In this document: positions 59,030-64,000 of the stretch, piece after piece | How the letters are laid out: each line of letters opens with the position of its first letter | How positions within the stretch are numbered: position 1 is the stretch's first letter | Source of the DNA: Acidobacteriota bacterium | GTDB lineage: Bacteria; Acidobacteriota; UBA6911 | NCBI GenBank assembly: GCA_050011535.1 | Contig: JBEKIX010000003.1 | Location: forward strand, 37,976 to 101,975 | Length of the DNA: 64,000 nt | Direction of reading: 5' to 3' | Translations under genes and position numbers: made by a program | Notes under the pieces: model-generated | Told to the model about the DNA's origin: nothing | Database searches by the model: none | What the model saw: only the letters and a program-made list of their open reading frames with translations

Positions 59030-60421
59030 TCAAGATCGGCCCGCGTCGGCGCGCAGGATATCCAATAAGCGCTGCCGGCGGATGCAGCTCTCAAGCCGGA
59101 ACGAGTCCGCAAGCGTGACCACCTGCTCGCCGCGAAGCCCCTGGAAACAGCGCTCGAAATCGTCGACGAGCGGCTCGGCGAGAAGGATGTGTCGGACGAG
59201 CACCTGCACCCACGAATCCTGCCCCCACGGAAAGGGCCGGAAGCCGGGGAACTCGCGGTGGAAAGTCTCCTCGATCGGTCTCATGATGTGCCGGACGCCT
59301 GCGTCGGTCGAGCCCCATGCGTCAACGCCGAGCCGGGCCTTTTTCTCGAGCACCGGTCGAATCCGCTGCATGTAGGGCGAGGCCGGATCCGCATAGACGA
59401 GACCCTGAAGTCCGATGTCCTTGTAAGTCCAAATGCTCCAGCTGGCACCGTGCTGCCGATAGATCTCCAACTGGTCGACGAGCAACCGGTAGCGCATCTC
59501 GTCCTTCGACTCGTCTCCCGTGTAGACCGGGCCGAATTCGCCGACCCAGATCGGGGTCTTGGTGCGGCGCATATACTCGGTGCGCTGGAGGAATGTCCGC
59601 TCGAGCACATCCCGATCAATGAACTGACCCCGGCTTACGCCCGGATAGTCACCTGCGTCGACAAATCCGGGCAGGCCATAGTCGTGACATGTATAGATGG
59701 TGTTTGGCCAGACCTCGCGGAAGATGTCGAATTCAGTCGAGTAGCGGTCACCGTCAAGGAAGAGCATGTGATCCGGGTCGATGGCACGCATCACCTCGTG
59801 CAGACGCTCGTAGAAGGGATACAGTGCGCCGCCGCTCGCGTCGCCGGGCTCATTGACTGGGTTGTAGCCCGCTACCCATGGGTTGTTGCGATAGCGGCGG
59901 GCGAGCTCTTCCCAGAGGTGAACGACGCGGTCCTGGAAGTGTTTGTGGGACCAGAAGAAGGCCCAGTGGGTAGGATTGTCGCTGTGCCAGTGCTGGTTTT
60001 GGAACCCGGGAAGCGCGTGCAGGTCAATCACCGTGTAGAGGCCGTGCCGCGCGCAACGCTCGATTGCGCGGTCGAGCAGGAGAAATCCCTCCTCCTTGAG
60101 TTCGAACGGCTTCATGTCATCTTCGAAGTGACGGTAGTTCACCGGCAGACGCACGCAATTCAGCCCGAGGCTGGCGAGGAAGGCCGCATCCTCGTCTCCA
60201 AAAAAGACGTCGAGGAACCGATCGAAATACTGCCGGTAGCCGTCGTTGCCGAGCGCCTTCTGCAGTGCTTTCCGCTGCAGAGACTCCGTCGCCGGATAGC
60301 CGGTGATGAAGTTCTCCATGTTCATCCATCCGCCGAGACCAACTCCGCGCAATTTCAAGGGCTTCCCGGCTCTCGTTGCGATTTGCATGCCGCTCGTTTG
60401 AAGCAGGATGTTGTCATTCAT
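59030..60421 (-). CDS. Glycoside hydrolase family 5 (cellulase-type) protein
   Basis: 463-aa ORF. LRGVGLGGWMNMENFITGYP, NEPGD (acid/base Glu context) and WVGEFG (nucleophile Glu context). Confidence 0.8.
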   Translation of the reverse strand: MNDNILLQTSGMQIATRAGKPLKLRGVGLGGWMNMENFITGYPATESLQRKALQKALGNDGYRQYFDRFLDVFFGDEDAAFLASLGLNCVRLPVNYRHFEDDMKPFELKEEGFLLLDRAIERCARHGLYTVIDLHALPGFQNQHWHSDNPTHWAFFWSHKHFQDRVVHLWEELARRYRNNPWVAGYNPVNEPGDASGGALYPFYERLHEVMRAIDPDHMLFLDGDRYSTEFDIFREVWPNTIYTCHDYGLPGFVDAGDYPGVSRGQFIDRDVLERTFLQRTEYMRRTKTPIWVGEFGPVYTGDESKDEMRYRLLVDQLEIYRQHGASWSIWTYKDIGLQGLVYADPASPYMQRIRPVLEKKARLGVDAWGSTDAGVRHIMRPIEETFHREFPGFRPFPWGQDSWVQVLVRHILLAEPLVDDFERCFQGLRGEQVVTLADSFRLESCIRRQRLLDILRADAGRS

Positions 60422-60454
60422 CGAGTGCGTCCTTTTCCTATTGGTAACTTAGCG

Positions 60455-62344
60455 ATGTTATCAGTCAATACGGAATTATTAGCAAGGACAAGCTATAATA
60501 TCCAGATTGTGGAAAACATAGGCCGGTACCAGGTTACCAGAGAAGTCGGTCGAGGAGCGATGGGAATAGTCTACGCCGCCTGGGATCCACTCATCGGCCG
60601 CACAGTCGCTATCAAGACCATCAATATGGGAGCGATGCAAGCCGGCCAGACCCGCGACGAGCTGCGACTGCGGCTCCGTCGGGAAGCCCAATCGGCCGGC
60701 GTCCTCTCCCATCCCGGGATTGTGACCGTCTACGACATCGGCGAGAAGGACGAAAAAGCCTACATCGTGATGGAGTTCGTCGACGGCATCACGATGGAAG
60801 AAGTTTTCTCCAGCGGAGTTCCCCAACATCGCAGAACGCTCCTGGGAGTTTTGAACAAGGCGGCGGCAGCGCTGGACTATGCCCACAGCAAAGGCGTCAT
60901 CCACCGGGATATCAAACCTTCCAACATCATGGTATGCCACGCAGGGACGGTGAAGATCGCCGACTTTGGTGTTGCGAAGATCTCGGAATCGACAGGACTG
61001 ACTCAGGCCGGCTTTGTCGTTGGCACACCCAATTACATGTCACCCGAACAGGCGCAAGGACGACAGGTTGATGGCCATTCCGATCAGTTCAGCCTCGCCG
61101 TGGTGGCATTCCGGATGCTGACCGGAAAGCTGCCGTTTGACGGACCTACTCTGACGGCAGTTCTCACCAAGATCCTATGGGAGGAGCCAGAGTATGTAAG
61201 CACGAACCTGGGTCCGGAAATCCAGGCCGTTTTCAAAAAAGCCCTGTCAAAGGAGCCGGCACACCGTTATCCGGACTGCTCGGGTTTTACGCGGGATCTG
61301 GAAGCGGCAAGCGAGTATCACCAGGCTGAGTTGTCGGGCCGAGCAGAGGAGCGATCGATTCCTTCGTTCCATGCACATCCAACGGCTGACGGGCCTCTTT
61401 TGGAAAAAGCCGGCCCAGGACATCAGCCCCAAGAAAGCTCGGCTGTGAAGGAGGCCGGTTCCACGACTTCGCTCCCGCCCGGAACAGTCCCGGAGGAAGT
61501 GACGACGACGATGCTGGGCGAAGCCCCGGCAGAGGCACGTGCGCGCTCTGCTGCCTCCGGTCTCCAGCCTGCTGCTGCGTCCGTTGCAGGCAATTATGAT
61601 GCTTCGGGATTGTTTAATGCTCCGCCCCCCGGCGGGCCCGATTCGGATGCGGGGCGACCAGATCTTGACTCTACTTCTCCTCTCGCGGCAAAGGAGCACA
61701 GCTCCGTCGCAGCCGGCTTGACGGCGGCGCAGGTCGCAGAGCCTCAGGCTCTCCCTGAAGCGCCGGCAAGGAAGCCTGTCAGGCTGGTCTGGATTGCCGT
61801 TGCCGGGCTGCTCGTTATCGCCGTCGTAATTGTGCTGGTCCGAACCCTCGGCACGCGCGAGTCCATCCCCCTGGCTTCCGCTCCCCAGCCGCCTTCGATC
61901 GCCCAAAGCAATGACACTGCGGCGGTGCCAGCCGCTCCCGAAGTTGCCAAACGGACGGGGAAGGCGTCCGAGCCCTCAGCGGGTGCTACCCCTCCGGTCG
62001 TGGCGCAACCAGCCAAGGCGGACAGACCATCGGCACCAAAAACCGTAGCCACGAGGCCTGCTCCCGCCAAAGGTGACATACGCGCTCCGATTCCGATGAC
62101 AGGCATCCTCACCTGGACGGGACCGATAGGAAAAAACACAATTCTGACAATCAGCCCGAAGGGGGCCAATTTCGGAGTTCTGACAGGGAAATTACCCGGG
62201 GTGCCTGTAGCGATCAGGGTGGAGCCAAAAGACGTCAATATCCGACTGGCGCCCGCACAGGACAACGGCTGGTCGCTGATCATCCTTTACAGCGGCAAAC
62301 AGAAGTACAATTCCATCACAATATATTGGACTCTTAAGAAATAA
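60455..62344 (+). CDS. Membrane-anchored Ser/Thr protein kinase with extracytoplasmic C-terminal domain
   Basis: Hanks kinase motifs GRGAMGIVY, AIK, HRDIKPSNIM, DFG and SPE. Pro/Ala-rich linker, TM helix VRLVWIAVAGLLVIAVVIVLV, and a C-terminal ~90-aa beta-rich domain. Start is ATG 60455 or GTG 60509. The upstream 422 codons of ORF 59189..62344 are the antisense shadow of the GH5 gene. Confidence 0.85.
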   Translation: MLSVNTELLARTSYNIQIVENIGRYQVTREVGRGAMGIVYAAWDPLIGRTVAIKTINMGAMQAGQTRDELRLRLRREAQSAGVLSHPGIVTVYDIGEKDEKAYIVMEFVDGITMEEVFSSGVPQHRRTLLGVLNKAAAALDYAHSKGVIHRDIKPSNIMVCHAGTVKIADFGVAKISESTGLTQAGFVVGTPNYMSPEQAQGRQVDGHSDQFSLAVVAFRMLTGKLPFDGPTLTAVLTKILWEEPEYVSTNLGPEIQAVFKKALSKEPAHRYPDCSGFTRDLEAASEYHQAELSGRAEERSIPSFHAHPTADGPLLEKAGPGHQPQESSAVKEAGSTTSLPPGTVPEEVTTTMLGEAPAEARARSAASGLQPAAASVAGNYDASGLFNAPPPGGPDSDAGRPDLDSTSPLAAKEHSSVAAGLTAAQVAEPQALPEAPARKPVRLVWIAVAGLLVIAVVIVLVRTLGTRESIPLASAPQPPSIAQSNDTAAVPAAPEVAKRTGKASEPSAGATPPVVAQPAKADRPSAPKTVATRPAPAKGDIRAPIPMTGILTWTGPIGKNTILTISPKGANFGVLTGKLPGVPVAIRVEPKDVNIRLAPAQDNGWSLIILYSGKQKYNSITIYWTLKK

Positions 62345-62550
62345 ACCGGGCGCCAATTCTCTTGTTGACCGGTTGAAAGTAATCGGATAGCCTCTGCCGA
62401 AGGACGATCTTCTGTCGCGCCATCGTCGGCAAAACTACTATGTGCGGTTCTAATTGGTGTTCGTTTCAACCTGTGAAGTTGACCCGGACTGAACGGTCGC
62501 TTGGCGTCGTTGGCGAGCGGTCGCTTGGCCTTTAGACAAGAGGATATGAC

Positions 62551-63315
62551 ATGGCGTTTTGTTCAAAATGTGGAGCAAAAATGAATGAGGGAGCCGCCTT
62601 CTGCACTTCCTGCGGCGCAACCGCCGGAGTTACAGCCAGTGCCGGCCCGAGTCCATCCGCGCCACCTCCGGCAGAGCGGAGCTATGCTCCTGCCGCTGGG
62701 GCCACAGCTCCCCGCCTCATGACCCGCGTCACCAACATCCTTACGAAGCCGAAGCAGGAATGGCCGGTGATTGCCAGCGAAACGACAAGCGTGGCGAGCT
62801 TGTTTACCGGCTACATCGTCATTTTGGCGGCCATTCCGGCAATCGCGGGCTTCATCGGTTCCGCCTTGCTCGGCGCTTTGATCGCGAGTGTGTTGCGGAT
62901 CCCGTTGGCGGCCGGTTTGGGTGGCTTGATCCTGATGTATGTTTTGTCGCTCGGCGGGGTCTACCTTGCCGCATTCATCATCGAAAAGCTGGCGCCTACC
63001 TTCCAGTCGCAAGGAACTATCGTCGACGCACTGAAGTTGGTGGCCTACAGTTACACGGCGCTGTGGATTGCCGGCATCTGCAATTTGCTGCCGATCATCG
63101 GCGTCCTGGGTACGCTGGCAGGTGGCATCTACAGCATCTATCTTTTCTATCTTGGTGTTCCGTTAATCATGAAGACGCCGCAGGACAAAGTGGTGGCCTA
63201 TATGATCGCGTCTGCGGTCGTCATTATCGTGATTTATTTTGTGATCACGATAATCGTCGGTGTCATAACCACCGCTCTGTTCCTGGGCGCAGCTCGCGTC
63301 TTGACGCCGATTTAA
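62551..63315 (+). CDS. Zinc-ribbon plus Yip1/DUF1282-like multi-pass membrane protein
   Basis: 254-aa ORF. The N-terminal CSKCGAKMNEGAAFCTSCG zinc ribbon is followed by ILTKPKQEWPVIA and five hydrophobic helices, typical of Yip1-domain proteins. Confidence 0.7.
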   Translation: MAFCSKCGAKMNEGAAFCTSCGATAGVTASAGPSPSAPPPAERSYAPAAGATAPRLMTRVTNILTKPKQEWPVIASETTSVASLFTGYIVILAAIPAIAGFIGSALLGALIASVLRIPLAAGLGGLILMYVLSLGGVYLAAFIIEKLAPTFQSQGTIVDALKLVAYSYTALWIAGICNLLPIIGVLGTLAGGIYSIYLFYLGVPLIMKTPQDKVVAYMIASAVVIIVIYFVITIIVGVITTALFLGAARVLTPI

Positions 63316-63320
63316 AGCCA

Positions 63321-64000
63321 GTGGACCTGAGCACGATCCGTCATTTTCCCATTCGCGCCGATCCCGCGCGGCTCGCCTCGGTATCGGAAGAGCAAGCGTT
63401 GCGATTCCGTAAGGCTTTTGCCGTGGCCGGATATCTTTCCCCCTCACCGGAGAAGGTTCCCGAGGTCATTGAAATGCGCGCCCGCGGCGGGCGCAACCTA
63501 CCGCGCCTGTTCCGCCTTACGGCCGCGGAAAGGCCGCTGGACGTCCTCGCCCGCCTGTTTTTGCTCGGCGTTACGGTCCGCGCAGCCGTTGCGCGCGCGG
63601 CCATGAGTCCGATACCGCTCGAAGAGTGGTGCAAAGCAGGATTGCTGCAAACAGACGGCGAACATGTGCAGGGCCTGGTGGCGATCAGCTACTTCGACGG
63701 GCTCCTGTTGGCGTCTGAAAAACCCGAACTGCTCGACTGTGGCGCGCAGGAGGATTACGTCTGTGGGATGACCAACAGCACGGCTGCACTCGTGCAATTC
63801 AGGGTGCAGAGGCCTTTCCACGACATTCTTGACCTCGGCACCGGCTGCGGTGTTTTGGGATTCCTGGCTGCGCGCCAGGGCGGCCAAGTCCTCGCAACCG
63901 ATATGAACTCGCGCGCCATTCAGTTCGCCACCTTCAATGCCAGACTGAACGGCATCTCCAACATAGAGTTCGCGACCGGCAGTACATTTGAACCAGCCGG
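63321..64000 (+). CDS. Class I SAM-dependent methyltransferase (3' end outside window)
   Basis: Hand translation from GTG 63321 stays open to the window end. SAM motif I ILDLGTGCGVLGFLAARQGGQVLATDMN, followed by FNARLNGISNIEF. This ORF is not in the supplied track because no stop lies inside the window. Confidence 0.7.
   Translation, partial: MDLSTIRHFPIRADPARLASVSEEQALRFRKAFAVAGYLSPSPEKVPEVIEMRARGGRNLPRLFRLTAAERPLDVLARLFLLGVTVRAAVARAAMSPIPLEEWCKAGLLQTDGEHVQGLVAISYFDGLLLASEKPELLDCGAQEDYVCGMTNSTAALVQFRVQRPFHDILDLGTGCGVLGFLAARQGGQVLATDMNSRAIQFATFNARLNGISNIEFATGSTFEPA

Noticed and set aside
59189-60454. The 1051-aa ORF 59189..62344 read as one giant protein
   Set aside because: The first ~420 codons lie exactly antisense to the well-supported GH5 gene (59030..60421) and have Arg/Pro/Val-rich shadow composition. 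Only the part from 60455/60509 onward has kinase motifs.

Overview
64-kb chromosomal window from a moderately high-GC (judged by eye, not computed) diderm bacterium. Gene content and protein flavour resemble soil Acidobacteriota, but this is low-confidence inference. Both flanks are ordinary housekeeping. Left flank: trpC(partial)-trpF-trpB-trpA, rho, engB, the tig-clpP-clpX-lon block preceded by tRNA-Leu(TAG), queC-queD with a translationally coupled FAD oxidoreductase, and a ~990-aa YdiJ-like FAD/Fe-S oxidase. Right flank: LemA/TPM/TPM operon, cutC, murB-panE-acyl-CoA ligase (4-nt overlaps), a C-N hydrolase, a DUF1624 membrane protein, an acp-fabF-lpxL-like cluster, dsbD, DUF971-metH, a GH5 glycosidase, a Ser/Thr kinase, a Yip1-like membrane protein and a partial methyltransferase. 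Between ~19.6 and ~37.5 kb lies an accessory island. It contains two intact ORF6N genes plus two decayed ORF6N remnants that all keep the same embedded palindrome. It also contains a duplicated AbrB-type and orphan XRE-type antitoxin-like cassette bracketed by a perfect 30-bp inverted repeat. A Sec-signal Rhs/YD-repeat polymorphic toxin has an HExxH C-terminal domain and a downstream lipoprotein. A displaced orphan Rhs C-terminal cassette carries a second HExxH domain. An IS200/RAYT-type tyrosine transposase is flanked by inverted hairpins, and small DUF gene cassettes are separated by a second palindromic repeat family. The least explained object is a ~0.7-kb array of about 34 strictly 21-bp-phased GATC-centred palindromes (GAAATGATCATTTC) in a gene-poor, lower-GC stretch. 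No rRNA, CRISPR array, prophage structural genes or T6SS genes were seen. All family assignments come from motif recognition by eye. No database search was run.
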